Shown here: positions 1-11,009 of the stretch, piece after piece
How the letters are laid out: the number at the start of each line of letters is the position of its first letter
Position numbering within the stretch: the first letter of the stretch is position 1
DNA from: Nemertoderma westbladi
Taxonomy: Eukaryota > Animalia > Xenacoelomorpha
DNA: 32,393 nt
NCBI GenBank assembly: GCA_032718475.1
Contig: JAUCBJ010003155.1
Location: forward strand, 1 to 32,393
Direction: 5' to 3'
The notes under the pieces: model-generated
The model's database searches: none
Told to the model about the DNA's origin: nothing
The model's input: only the letters and a program-made list of their open reading frames with translations
Made by a program: the position numbers and the translations under genes

Positions 1-341
1 TATTTATTTACACGAGGGATCAAGTAGTTAAAAACAGAACATAACACAATACAATACACAATACACGAATAAAACAATCGGTCAAACAAACACAACATCA
101 TAGTAGTTAAGTAACTTGTACATAAGGTAAACAGCAAAACGAATAAAAATAAAACACGGACATGTAAAAAGTAATGTACTGTAGTTGTCGGTAGCTAAAA
201 CAAGTGGTCGTGGGAGAGAACCACCCAGGCTCAGGGCACTTATGGGTGTGAATAATTGTATACATAGTGATTAATATAAAAAATGGTGATGATCGAAAAT
301 GAAATTAAAAATAAAAAAAAGTAAAGAAAAAAAAACTGGAA

Positions 342-3224
342 TCAACGAGTGAATTTTGCGTGGGTAAGTAAGTCCGTTTTTAATAATTGCACGGAGAAAA
401 TATTTATACTTTTGGCATCAACAGCTTGTGCTGGTAATGAGTTCCATACGGGCACAACACGGTGAGAAAATGAATGCTTACAGATTTGAAGTCTACATTG
501 GGGAACATACAGTTTATGATTATGACCACGTAGACCAGCTCTTGGGGCACTTGTGAACATCTTATTGAAATCTATATCTACTAAACCATGCTTTATACGA
601 TACAACATTTTGAGGTCGAAAATAATTCTACGCACCTCTAACGGTTGCACAGATAGATACTGTATGCGATTGAGGTAACTGACATACGGTAGTTTGCAGC
701 GAGCGTACAATCGTCTGGTAAAGTACCGTTGTACTTTCTCAACAAGGTCAATACTTTTTTTTGTGAAAGGGGACCATATGGGTGTGCAATATTCCAGCAA
801 CGGTCTTACCAGAGTCTTGTATGCTGTTAGCAGGGCTTTAATATTAGCTGTCCGTACACTACGAAATATCCAGTTCAGTATTTTGTACGCTTTTGCAACT
901 TGTTCCCTACAGTATTTATCAAATTTGAGGTTCGTACACACGATTAAGCCTAGATCCTTACAGTATGTATCTGATTTAAGCACTGCACCATTTAAATTAT
1001 AAACAAATTTATTATTATTTCCACCTACGTAAACAACCGAGCATTTGTGCGCCGCTACTGTTAGTTGCCATTTTCTAGTCCAGTCTTCCAAGTTTTGAAG
1101 GGCTGAGGCTAGAGAATCACAATCTTCCTCCGGTGCATAAAGCTTAAGGTCATCAGCAAATAGTTTATTACATACAGGTAACAATGCATCAGGTAAATCA
1201 TTAATAAATAAAAGAAACAATACTGGCCCCAAGACACTGCCTTGAATAGTTCCCGATGTAACTACACAGTAGTCCGATGATTCGGTACCAACAAGTACAT
1301 TTTGGGTTCTATTACATAGAAATGCACGTATCCATAGAAACAGATCTCCGCATACACCGTAGCTAGTGAGCTTTGATAGTAATTTAGAGTGAACTACCGA
1401 ATCAAAGGCTTTTGCAAAGTCTATATATATAATGTCCAGGTTCTTTCGTTTATCAATTAAATTGAACCAATCAGTAACACATTCTAGCATTTGAGTACAA
1501 GTGGATTTACGATGTAAAAAACCGTGTTGTGCCCTACTTATTAATTTATGAGAAAATAAATAATCTATTAAAACCTGTTTAATGCGCATTTCCATGAGTT
1601 TACAAGCAATACAGATAAGGGATATAGGCCGATAGTTATAAGGATCTGACGGATCGCCTTTTTTGAACGTTGGTATTATGTTGGCCGTCAGCCAGACAGA
1701 TGGTAATGCGTGCGTTTCGAATGATACTCGAAAGATTGCTGATAATGGGGCTGCTATACAACACGCTAGTTTAACAAATAAAATAGCTGGCAATCCATCA
1801 GGGGTCCTACTCTTTTTAGACGCGAGCTTATTTAGCATAACTAACACATTAACTGGGCTGAAACCAACACTAGACAGATTAACATTGTTACCAACTTTAC
1901 GTGTAAATATTGGAACCGAGTTATTATCTTCAGTGAAGTTTTCGGAGAGAACTTCACTTAGAATTTTGGCTTTAATTTTATCGTCTACAATCGTGTCGCC
2001 CTTGTAATTTAACGGACCAACACCGGATTTATTTTTGCGTTTCGAGTTTAGGTACTTAAATATGTGATTTCTGTCACCAGAATTCAATATTTTGGTTTCT
2101 TTCTCGCAGGTTGCCCGGTAGGCCGCTTTAGAGGCGGCTTGCGCCGCATTCTTATATTCTCGCATACCAGATGCTGTGTGGCGGTGTCTCCACAGCAGCT
2201 TTTTGACACGTTGTAGACGTTTTACATAAATTGGATAACTTTTTTTACTAGTATTTTTTGGTGTTCTGAACGGTACAAACAGGTTAATCCCTTCTTTTAA
2301 AACATCACTAAAATTTAAGTAATAGTCATTAACTGTATTACAAAACTGAAACCGGTCATTCCAGTTAGTGTTCCGTACATATACATTAAACCCGTCGTAA
2401 TCACCCTTATTGAAGTCGAAGTAGCCAACCGGTTTGTCATGACTCTGATTGTGGGCTGGGGCCAGAATGTTGAACGAAACTCCAGCGTGGTCACTGATGG
2501 AAAACGGTTCGAATGTGCGCACGTTTGCGACAAATAGTTCATCGCTAGTGAAAACCAAATCTAGATTACTCGAGCCACGGGTAGGCTCATGTTGTAACTG
2601 GGTTAAACTTGATTCTAACAGCAGCGCTGCGACGCGTTCATAAAGTTCGGTATTTGGGTAGATACTTTCCTTCCAGTTGAACAAAGGAAGATTGAAATCG
2701 CCAGTGATAACGCACGGGTAGTTAACATCCGATAGTAAAGACAGTGCATCGCATAGTAAGCTGCTGTTATCTGGAATCAGTAAACGCGATGGGGGTCGGT
2801 AGGCGCACACGAATCTGGACGGCGCTTTTCCAAGTAGATCGATGGCGACCACTTCGGCATCATTATAGGTGTTGGGTAGGTTTACCCGTACACAACGAAA
2901 TTGATCGCGAACTAAAATTATGACTCCGCCACCATCCCTAGTTTTCCGGTCATTGCGAAACATATTAAAGTTTGTGCTAGATGTGATCATTGCATCGGGT
3001 ATAGTCTCGTTCATCCATGTTTCTGTAATCGCGATGATGTCGTAACTAGTCTCCTTGAGAAATACTCCTAGATCTGACAGTTTATTTTTCAGCGAACGGG
3101 CGTTTAAGCAGCAGCAGTTTAGGATTGGTGTTTTTTTGCGATTCTCTCCCCCTATTGGTTTTCCGAGGGCGGTGAGGCCTCCGATGGATTGTTGGTAGGG
3201 TCCGAGACTGGTACATGGGTCCAC
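342..3224 (-). CDS. LINE ORF2: apurinic-like endonuclease + reverse transcriptase (CR1 group)
   Basis: APE motifs LNARSL, ITETW, YRPP, GDFN, SDH. RT motifs NYRPISL, QHGF, DFAKAFD, QGSVLGP, FADD. CR1-type C-terminus (LEYCTPIWSP, EKVQRYFTR, LRGH, FSHRVVPVWNSLP). The start listed in the track is GTG, not ATG. Confidence 0.96.
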   Translation of the reverse strand: MDPCTSLGPYQQSIGGLTALGKPIGGENRKKTPILNCCCLNARSLKNKLSDLGVFLKETSYDIIAITETWMNETIPDAMITSSTNFNMFRNDRKTRDGGGVIILVRDQFRCVRVNLPNTYNDAEVVAIDLLGKAPSRFVCAYRPPSRLLIPDNSSLLCDALSLLSDVNYPCVITGDFNLPLFNWKESIYPNTELYERVAALLLESSLTQLQHEPTRGSSNLDLVFTSDELFVANVRTFEPFSISDHAGVSFNILAPAHNQSHDKPVGYFDFNKGDYDGFNVYVRNTNWNDRFQFCNTVNDYYLNFSDVLKEGINLFVPFRTPKNTSKKSYPIYVKRLQRVKKLLWRHRHTASGMREYKNAAQAASKAAYRATCEKETKILNSGDRNHIFKYLNSKRKNKSGVGPLNYKGDTIVDDKIKAKILSEVLSENFTEDNNSVPIFTRKVGNNVNLSSVGFSPVNVLVMLNKLASKKSRTPDGLPAILFVKLACCIAAPLSAIFRVSFETHALPSVWLTANIIPTFKKGDPSDPYNYRPISLICIACKLMEMRIKQVLIDYLFSHKLISRAQHGFLHRKSTCTQMLECVTDWFNLIDKRKNLDIIYIDFAKAFDSVVHSKLLSKLTSYGVCGDLFLWIRAFLCNRTQNVLVGTESSDYCVVTSGTIQGSVLGPVLFLLFINDLPDALLPVCNKLFADDLKLYAPEEDCDSLASALQNLEDWTRKWQLTVAAHKCSVVYVGGNNNKFVYNLNGAVLKSDTYCKDLGLIVCTNLKFDKYCREQVAKAYKILNWIFRSVRTANIKALLTAYKTLVRPLLEYCTPIWSPFTKKSIDLVEKVQRYFTRRLYARCKLPYVSYLNRIQYLSVQPLEVRRIIFDLKMLYRIKHGLVDIDFNKMFTSAPRAGLRGHNHKLYVPQCRLQICKHSFSHRVVPVWNSLPAQAVDAKSINIFSVQLLKTDLLTHAKFTR

Positions 3225-4330
3225 GTTTTATCGCGTTTCCATTTACCATCAGAGTGTTTAACGAATTTCCACACTGAACCGTCGGACCTTAGGCTGTAGC
3301 TTTCGGAATGATCATCTTCAGATTTTGCAGCTTTATTAAGGTCATAAACCTCTTTATTTCTATCTTTGATACGCGAGCGCTGTTCCGCTGATAGACTCGG
3401 GCGAACGCGGATCTTTTTACATAAGTCTGATGATGATACATTTGCAGTCACATTCTTATGAAAGGTGCGGGCCCCCTGTTCGCTGTTGAACGAGACTTTT
3501 ACGAGACGGTCATGGTTCCCAAGACGTCCCAGTCGGGACACTTCGACCACCGAAGACTTGTCAACCCCGGCCAACTCGCAGAGCTGAAGCACCGAATCTT
3601 TAACAGACACCTCGTTATCTTCCTTCAGTCGTGAAATAATGATCTCTTTCTTTAGCTGTTCTTTTTGGAAAACATCTTTTATGGACTTATCCACAGCTCT
3701 GGAAATTGGTGTACTGGGATCGGAAGAATGCCTGGGCTTTCCTTTTCCGCGTTGCACATTCCATCGCGAGGATACGTGTACATCTTCGTCCCCATCTAGC
3801 TCAGTTCTGAGTTCCAAAATTTCCGTTGATAGAGTAGACAGCCTAAGCGTTAAACTGTCACTCAACATTTCAATTTTGTCAGAAAGCGATGTGTCCGGGG
3901 TTCCCGGGGAATTGTAGGACTGGACTACCAATCTACCTCTTCCCTCACACTTATTGCACAGTATTTTACAGTTTACGCATTTGGCTAAGGTGGATACCTC
4001 AGTATTCGATAGTTTCAGGCACGATCCATGGATCCAATGTCCACAGATTTCGCATCCAAGGCAGTTCTTACCTGCGACTTTCTTGTCACAGTGTGGACAA
4101 ATGTCCATGGAGTTGACATTTACCGAGTCGTTGTGGCAAGATGATGAGTGGAGGTCGTAGTCGCTCTTATTCGCGAACAGAGCACTGCAGATATCGCAGT
4201 TGTGTAGTTTCGACATATCTATTTTGCCGCCGAGGCTAGGTCTTGGTGCTGAGGTAGTTGTCCCTCCAGGTACCGCCCCCGCCCCAGCCATGCTTAGTCG
4301 CGTCTGTGGTTGCTTGTTCTTTGGTGGCAT
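3152..4330 (-). CDS. LINE ORF1 with C2H2-like finger, PHD finger, coiled coil and probable RRM-like C-terminal region
   Basis: ATG start. CDIC-x12-H-x4-H motif; PHD pattern CPHC..CEIC..WIHGSC..CNKC; heptad segment LSDKIEMLSDSLTLRLSTLSTEILELRTEL; lies directly upstream of ORF2. Confidence 0.9.
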   Translation of the reverse strand: MPPKNKQPQTRLSMAGAGAVPGGTTTSAPRPSLGGKIDMSKLHNCDICSALFANKSDYDLHSSSCHNDSVNVNSMDICPHCDKKVAGKNCLGCEICGHWIHGSCLKLSNTEVSTLAKCVNCKILCNKCEGRGRLVVQSYNSPGTPDTSLSDKIEMLSDSLTLRLSTLSTEILELRTELDGDEDVHVSSRWNVQRGKGKPRHSSDPSTPISRAVDKSIKDVFQKEQLKKEIIISRLKEDNEVSVKDSVLQLCELAGVDKSSVVEVSRLGRLGNHDRLVKVSFNSEQGARTFHKNVTANVSSSDLCKKIRVRPSLSAEQRSRIKDRNKEVYDLNKAAKSEDDHSESYSLRSDGSVWKFVKHSDGKWKRDKTWTHVPVSDPTNNPSEASPPSENQ

Positions 4331-4495
4331 TGCAGCAGTACCGGTACGGTAGGTATTGTTGTATAATGCAGTAATGTATAACCATCCAGTTCACAGTTGC
4401 ACCGTAGGCTGTAGGCTGTAGGGCTGTAGCCTTCAAAACCAGAATACAGTTTTCAACAGTTGGACCTGTTGGACAGTCAATGATAACTTTCAGTT

Positions 4496-4835
4496 CTAAG
4501 GGCAGCCCTAAACATCAGCTGGAGACAACACATGATAAACGCCGAGCTTTATGGTACAATACCACCTGTATCAACCACCCTCCGTGAACGCAGATTATGA
4601 TTCAGTGGGCACTGCTGGCGAAGTAAAGACGAGGTCATACCAGATCTACTTCTCTGGCAACCAACTCATGGAAAGCGTAGTCGTGGACGACCGGCCATAA
4701 CATATATAGATCAACTTGAAAGGGATACTGAACTTGAGAGAAACGAAATTGCGACAACTATGGAGAATCGGGAAGCCTGGAAGGATCTGATTTCCACTGT
4801 CCGAGTTCGCTCGACCTAGTAGTAGTAGTAGTAGT
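4496..4835 (+). pseudogene. 3' remnant of an RTE-clade LINE with (TAG)n tail
   Basis: Hand translation gives LRAALNISWRQH..NAELYG..LRERRL*FSGHCWRS..LLWQPTHGKRSRGRP..TYIDQL..MENREAW..VRST*, a typical RTE C-terminus with one internal stop, followed by (TAG)n at 4817-4835. Confidence 0.88.
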
Positions 4836-5313
4836 GTAAAGTACTTTTCTCATATTTTAAAGAATTTTTAGGAATTAAATATATGAACTTGTTATTTTTA
4901 TTACCAATCGAATAGAATAAAAGTAAATAATTGATTAATTATTACGCTGCAAGTGATAGCACACAGCTTATAACCTAAGTGACAGGTTAAGGTGTGTTAA
5001 TTATTAGATTAGTAAAAAATATATAGAAAATAATAAGTTAGGGCAGGCGCCTCACACTGCACTCTTACTGCATGTTTACTACACTGGAGCCTTTCTCTCT
5101 ACCTGAAGGTAGAGAGAACTCTACCTCAGAACTCTATCTCAGTGCCAACATACTGGGCTTTACTTACACTCAGCCTCTATTCACTGGCTGTGATTGACAA
5201 GCCAACGTGTCTCAGGAGATCCTTTAATGAATACCGCAGTTTTTATTTGGCCATTTTGGTAATTTTGGCCGCCAAAATGACCGACCAAGTTAATGCTTAT
5301 TGGGATTGGGACT

Positions 5314-5409
5314 GTAGGCAGTAGGAAGGCTATTCAGCTATTACAGTATTATTTGTACCGGTATTTTATTTATTTGTATTCGAATTTATTTCCGTATTTT
5401 ATTTACTAC
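5314..5409. repeat. Dispersed ~95-bp repeat, copy 1 (copy 2 at 18384-18479, same orientation)
   Basis: GTAGGCAGTA(G/C)GAAGGCTATTCAGCTATTACAGTAT...TTTATTTACTAC is nearly identical at both sites. Confidence 0.9.
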
Positions 5410-5583
5410 CGGTACGGCGGTACACTACAGTAATATAGGCCTATGATAATAGCCTAATAAATACTGAAATAACCAGATAACTGCATGCGCAAACAACAGA
5501 AAATGTATGATGACGATGAAAGAGGAATTAGCAGTTAGAAGGTAGGGCCTAGCGCATTTTCTGACCAAAAAGACGAATTTTTG

Positions 5584-6642
5584 AAACATATCCTATCTGA
5601 TGCAGAATTTCATGCTGAATCAAAATATGGAAACCGTTTTCCCATATCTTTCTTAGTTTTTGAGATATCTGGGATAGAAGATACTGGCTCCGATATATCG
5701 CGATATCGGTAAAGCAAAGGCGATGAAGTTTGGGGTTTGCATTCAATTTATTTCTGCAAATTTCTGTGCTAAGTGGTGCCAATTGGATGTCTCCACGAGA
5801 AAGAGCACAACATTTTAATTGAGAAGGTTTTTTTTTATGATTATTGGACCTACTTTGTCGGTTTATAAGACAAACTTCAAGTCTCTGGAATGAAGACGGT
5901 ACTCGAATAAGCGACTATGCGGTCTTTGTGGGATTACACGGAATAGACTTATCGGTCATTGGAGATCTTCAAAATGTATAATCTCCAGTTCTAGTGGTCG
6001 TACGAAGTTCGTTTTAGGCTCATTCGAAAGCTCTTTTCTTAGAGAACAAAGTTACCATTTGATTTAAGACAAAATGGTTGTAAAGCAACATAGCATGAAT
6101 TTGGGTAAAATATGCCTTGCAAATTTTGTTCAAGTTATGATTGCTCAGGCAGCTTTCAAGAGTTTGCCAAACCAAATGGTAACTTTGGTCTCTGAGAAAA
6201 GAGCTTTCGATTGAGCCCAAAACGAACTCCATACGACCACTAGAACTGGAGATCATACATTTTGAAGATCTCCGATGACCGATAAGTCTATTCCGTGTAA
6301 TCCTGCAAAGACCGCAGAGTCACTTATTCGAGTCCCGTCTTCATTCCGGAAACTTGAAGTTGTCTTATAAACTGATCAGTAGGTCCAATAATCATAAAAA
6401 AAATACCTTCTCAATTAAAATTTTGTGCTCTTTCTCGTGGAGACATCCAATTAGCACCACTGAGCACAGAAATTTGCAGAAATTGAATGCAAACCCCAAA
6501 CTTCATCTCCTTTACCGATATTGCGATATATCGGAGCCAGTATCTTCCATCCCAAATATCTCGAAAACTAAGCAAGATATGGGAAAACGGTTTCCATATT
6601 TGGATTCAGCATGAAATTCTGCATCAGATAGGATATATGTTT
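5584..6642. mobile_element. ~1.06-kb imperfect palindrome (foldback, probably a non-autonomous DNA transposon)
   Basis: Arms ~5584-6065 and ~6169-6642 are reverse complements (e.g. CCTATCTGATGCAGAATTTCATGCTGAAT / ATTCAGCATGAAATTCTGCATCAGATAGG) with a ~100-bp spacer. No TSD is visible; the right arm runs into the satellite. Confidence 0.85.
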
Positions 6643-6651
6643 TATGGATAT

Positions 6652-9600
6652 GTTAAGATATTGGAAACCCTGGTAGAAAGTTAGGGAGAGATCCCAGTTT
6701 CAGTTTACTATGTAAGATATTGGAAACCCTGGTAGAAAGGTAGGGAGGAATCCCCGTGTCAGTTCACTAAGTAAGATATTGGAAACCCTGGTAGAAAGTT
6801 AGGGAGAGATCCCAGTTTCAGTTCACTATGTAAGATATTGGAAACCCTGGTAGAAAGGTAGGGAGGGATCCCGTGTCAGTTCACTGTGTAAGAAAGTTAG
6901 GGAGGAATCCCCGCGTCAGTTCACTAAGTAAGATATTTGAAACCCTGGTAGAAAGTTAGGGAGGGATCCCGTGTCAGTTCACTATGTAAGATAATGGAAA
7001 CCCTGGAAGAAAGTTAGAGAGGGATCCCGTGTCAGTTCACTATGTAAGATATTGGAAACCCTGGTAGAAAGTTAGGGAGGGATCCCGTGTCAGTTCACTA
7101 ATTAAGATATTGGAGACCCTGGTAGAAAGTTAGGGAGGGATCCCGTGTCAGTTCACTATGTAAGATATTGGAAACCCTGGTAGAAAGTTAGGGTGGGATC
7201 ATCCTGTGTCAGTTCACTATGTAAGATATTGTAAACCCTGGAAGAAAGTTAGAGAGGGATCCCGTGTCAGTTCACTATGTAAGATATTGGAAACCCTGGT
7301 AGAAAGTTAGGGAGAGATCCCGTGTCAGTTCACTGTGTAAGATATTGGAAACCCTGGTAGAAAGTTAGGGAGGGATCCCGTGTCAGTTCACTATGTAAGA
7401 TATTGGAACCCATGGTAGAAAGTTAGGGAGGGATCCCGTGTCAGTTCACTAATTAAGATATTGGAAACCCTGGTAGAAAGTTAGGGAGGGATCCCGTGTC
7501 AGTTCACTATGTAAGATATTGGAAACCCTGGTAGAAAGTTAGGGAGGGATCCCGTGTCAGTTCACATGTAAGATATTGGAAACCCTGAAAGAAAGTTAGG
7601 GGGGGATCCCGTGTCAGTTCACTATGTAAGATATTGGAAACCCTGGTAGAAAGTTAGGGAAGGATCCCGTGTCAGTTCACTATGTAAGATAATGGAAACC
7701 CTGGTAGAAAGTTAGGGAGGGATCCCGTGTCAGTTCACTATGTAAGATATTGGAAACCCTGGTAGAAAGTTAGGGAGGGATCCCGCGTCAGTTCACTAAG
7801 TAAGATATTTGAAACCCTGGTAGAAAGTTAGGGAGGGATCCCGTGTCAGTTCACTATGTAAGATAATGGAAACCCTGGAAGAAAGTTAGAGAGGGATCCC
7901 GTGTCAGTTCACTATGTAAGATATTGGAAACCCTGGTAGAAAGTTAGGGAGGGATCCCGTGTCAGTTCACTAATTAAGATATTGGAAACCCTGGTAGAAA
8001 GTTACGGAGGGATCCCGTGTCAGTTCACTAATTAAGATATTGGAGACCCTGGTAGAAAGTTAGGGAGGGATCCCGTGTCAGTTCACTATGTAAGATATTG
8101 GAAACCCTGGTAGAAAGTTAGGGTGGGATCATCCTGTGTCAGTTCACTATGTAAGATATTGTAAACCCTGGAAGAAAGTTAGAGAGGGATCCCGTGTCAG
8201 TTCACTATGTAAGATATTGGAAACCCTGGTAGAAAGTTAGGGAGAGATCCTGTGTCAGTTCACTATGTAAGATATTGGAAACCCTGGTAGAAAGTTAGGG
8301 AGGGATCCCGTGTCAGTTCACTATGTAAGATATTGGAACCCATGGTAGAAAGTTAGGGAGGGATCCCGTGTCAGTTCACTAATTAAGATATTGGAAACCC
8401 TGGTAGAAAGTTAGGGAGGGATCCCGTGTCAGTTCACTATGTAAGATATTGGAAACCCTGGTAGAAAGTTAGGGAGGGATCCCGTGTCAGTTCACATGTA
8501 AGATATTGGAAACCCTGAAAGAAAGTTATGGGGGGATCCCGTGTCAGTTCACTATGTAAGATATTGGAAACCCTGGTAGAAAGTTAGGGAAGGATCCCGT
8601 GTCAGTTCACTATGTAAGATAATGGAAACCCTGGTAGAAAGTTAGGGAGGGATCCCGTGTCAGTTCACTATGTAAGATATTGGAAACCCTGGTAGAAAGT
8701 TAGGGAGGGATCCCGTGTCAGTTCACTAATTAAGATATTGGAAACCCTGGTAGAAAGTTACGGAGGGATCCCGTGTCAGTTCACTAATTAAGATATTGGA
8801 GACCCTGGTAGAAAGTTAGGGAGGGATCCCGTGTCAGTTCACTATGTAAGATATTGGAAACCCTGGTAGAAAGTTAGGGTGGGATCATCCTGTGTCAGTT
8901 CACTATGTAAGATATTGTAAACCCTGGAAGAAAGTTAGGGAGGGATCCCGTGTCAGTTCACTATGTAAGATATTGGAAACCCTGGTAGAAAGTTAGGGAG
9001 AGATCCCGTGTCAGTTCACTATGTAAGATATTGGAAACCCTGGTAGAAAGTTAGGGAGGGATCCCGTGTCAGTTCACTATGTAAGATATTGGAACCCATG
9101 GTAGAAAGTTAGGGAGGGATCCCGTGTCAGTTCACTAATTAAGATATTGGAAACCCTGGTAGAAAGTTAGGGAGGGATCCCGTGTCAGTTCACTATGTAA
9201 GATATTGGAAACCCTGGTAGAAAGTTAGGGAGGGATCCCGTGTCAGTTCACATGTAAGATATTGGAAACCCTGAAAGAAAGTTAGGGGGGGGATCCCGTG
9301 TCAGTTCACTATGTAAGATATTGGAAACCCTGGTAGAAAGTTAGGGAAGGATCCCGTGTCAATTCACTATGTAAGATATTGGAAACCCTGGTAGAAAGTT
9401 AGGGAGGGATCCCGTGTCAGTTCACTATGTAAGATATTGGAAACCCTGGTAGAAAGTTAGGGAGGGATCCCGTGTCAGTTCACTATGTAAGATATTGGAA
9501 ACCCTGGTAGAAAGTTAGGGAGGGATCCCGTGTCAGTTCACTGTGTAAGATATTGGAAACCCTGGTAGAAAGTTAGGGAGGGATCCCGTGTCAGTTCACT

Positions 9601-9897
9601 ATGTAAGATGTTGTAAACCCTGGTAGAAAGTTAGGGAGGGATCCCGTGTCAGTTCACTGAGTAAGATATTGGAAACCCTGGTAGAAAGTTAGGGAGGGAT
9701 CCCGTGTCAGTTCACTATGCAAGATATTGGAAACTCTGGTAGAAAGTAAGGGAGGGATTCCCGTGTCAGTTCACTTTTTAAGAAAGTTAGGGAGGGATCC
9801 CCGTGTCAATTCAGTATGTAAGATATTGGAAACCCTGGTAGAAAGTAAGCGAGGGATTCCCGTGTCAGTTCACTATGTAAGAAAGTTAGGGAGGGAT
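6652..9897. repeat. 58-bp tandem satellite, ~56 units, with higher-order repeats
   Basis: Consensus GTAAGATATTGGAAACCCTGGTAGAAAGTTAGGGAGGGATCCCGTGTCAGTTCACTAT; edge units are more diverged. Confidence 0.98.
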
Positions 9898-9905
9898 CTC
9901 CGCCT

Positions 9906-10225
9906 CTGTAACCTGTTCCTTTCCCTCAATTGGTAACAATATTGTTGTGGTTAGAAAAGCCCACCCCTGTAACCAGTTCTTTTCCCTCAATTGGACAATG
10001 TCGTTTATTGTTTTGGTTACAAAAGCATGCATCTGTAACCTGTTCCTTTCCCTCAATTTTTAACCATATTGTTTATTGTTTCGTTTAGAAAAGCCAACCT
10101 CTGTAACCAGTTCTGTTCCCTCAATTGAACAATGTCGTTTATTGTTTTGGTTAGAAATGCCTGCATCTGTAACCTGTTCCTTTCCCTCAATTTGTAACAA
10201 TATCGATTATTGTTTTGCTTAGAGA
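9906..10225. repeat. Minisatellite of five 61-68-bp units with alternating A/B types
   Basis: CTGTAACC(T/A)GTTC..TTCCCTCAATT begins at 9906, 9967, 10033, 10101 and 10167. Confidence 0.9.
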
Positions 10226-11009
10226 AGCTCGCCTTCCTTTTATATAAATCATCCTAACATTTTTAATCGTGAATCCCCTGATACCCTACTGAATATCTCT
10301 CAGCATTATATGCCGATTATAGGTTACTAGCAGGCAATACCCGAGACATGTTACCCGGTATTTCCCGCTACCGGCATAGGCCTACTAGCGTACTGGTACC
10401 GGTATAGGCCTACTGACGTACCGGTACCCAGTACCGGTACCGAACGTGAATTATACTTTTCGAAAAGTGGCCTATAACGACCGCTGGTTAAAGTTATACA
10501 CACATGCCAAGTTCCACCGCAATCCCTCTGCCCGTTTTTGAGGAGTTCGAACACAGAGAGAGAGAATTTGATTTTTATATGTATAGATCATATAGCTTAT
10601 TATTCTCGTATACCCATTCTTGAAGTAAGACCGATTATCCGATTATCAATATCATCAACCTTCTACAGTATATTTATTCTGTCGGTACTCATCAGTCAGG
10701 TAGTTTCCATTAGCTTAAAGTGTGACAACAGCTGCGGCTGCGCGAAAGGACAATATCTGCTGGCAGATTTGGTCCTAGCTAGGGGGCAATGGGGCAAGGG
10801 GGTCAAAATACGTGGGGATACATTTCCTCCTGTCACACTCACAAAGGAACTGTAGGCCTTTCCTTGGCTCATGGGTTGGTCGCGGATCTCCCGTAATAAA
10901 TAAATTCCAACAACGGCCATCTTTTTCAAAACAAAAACGTAATTCTCATCCGCGGGTCGGCGACAAGGTAATTTTCACGGCATAAATTCATCGAAAATAC
11001 ATCCAATAG

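Larger units (their letters stand above)
1..4480 (-). mobile_element. Apparently full-length CR1/L2-group non-LTR retrotransposon (5' UTR, ORF1, ORF2, 3' UTR, AAAT-type tail cut by the window edge)
   Basis: Two long overlapping minus-strand ORFs (PHD-containing ORF1; APE+RT ORF2), a ~340-bp 3' UTR and TATTTATTTA at positions 1-10. The 5' boundary is approximate. Confidence 0.92.

Noticed and set aside
694-4160. Plus-strand and small ORFs overlapping the CR1 ORFs
   Set aside because: They are antisense or alternate-frame shadows with no recognisable motifs.
5549-6684. Paired similar ORFs on opposite strands
   Set aside because: They are a by-product of the palindrome and are not protein-like.
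6652-9897. 58-bp array as a CRISPR array or a hammerhead-ribozyme satellite
   Set aside because: There are no unique spacers and no cas genes, and the context is eukaryotic. No CUGANGA core is present on either strand.
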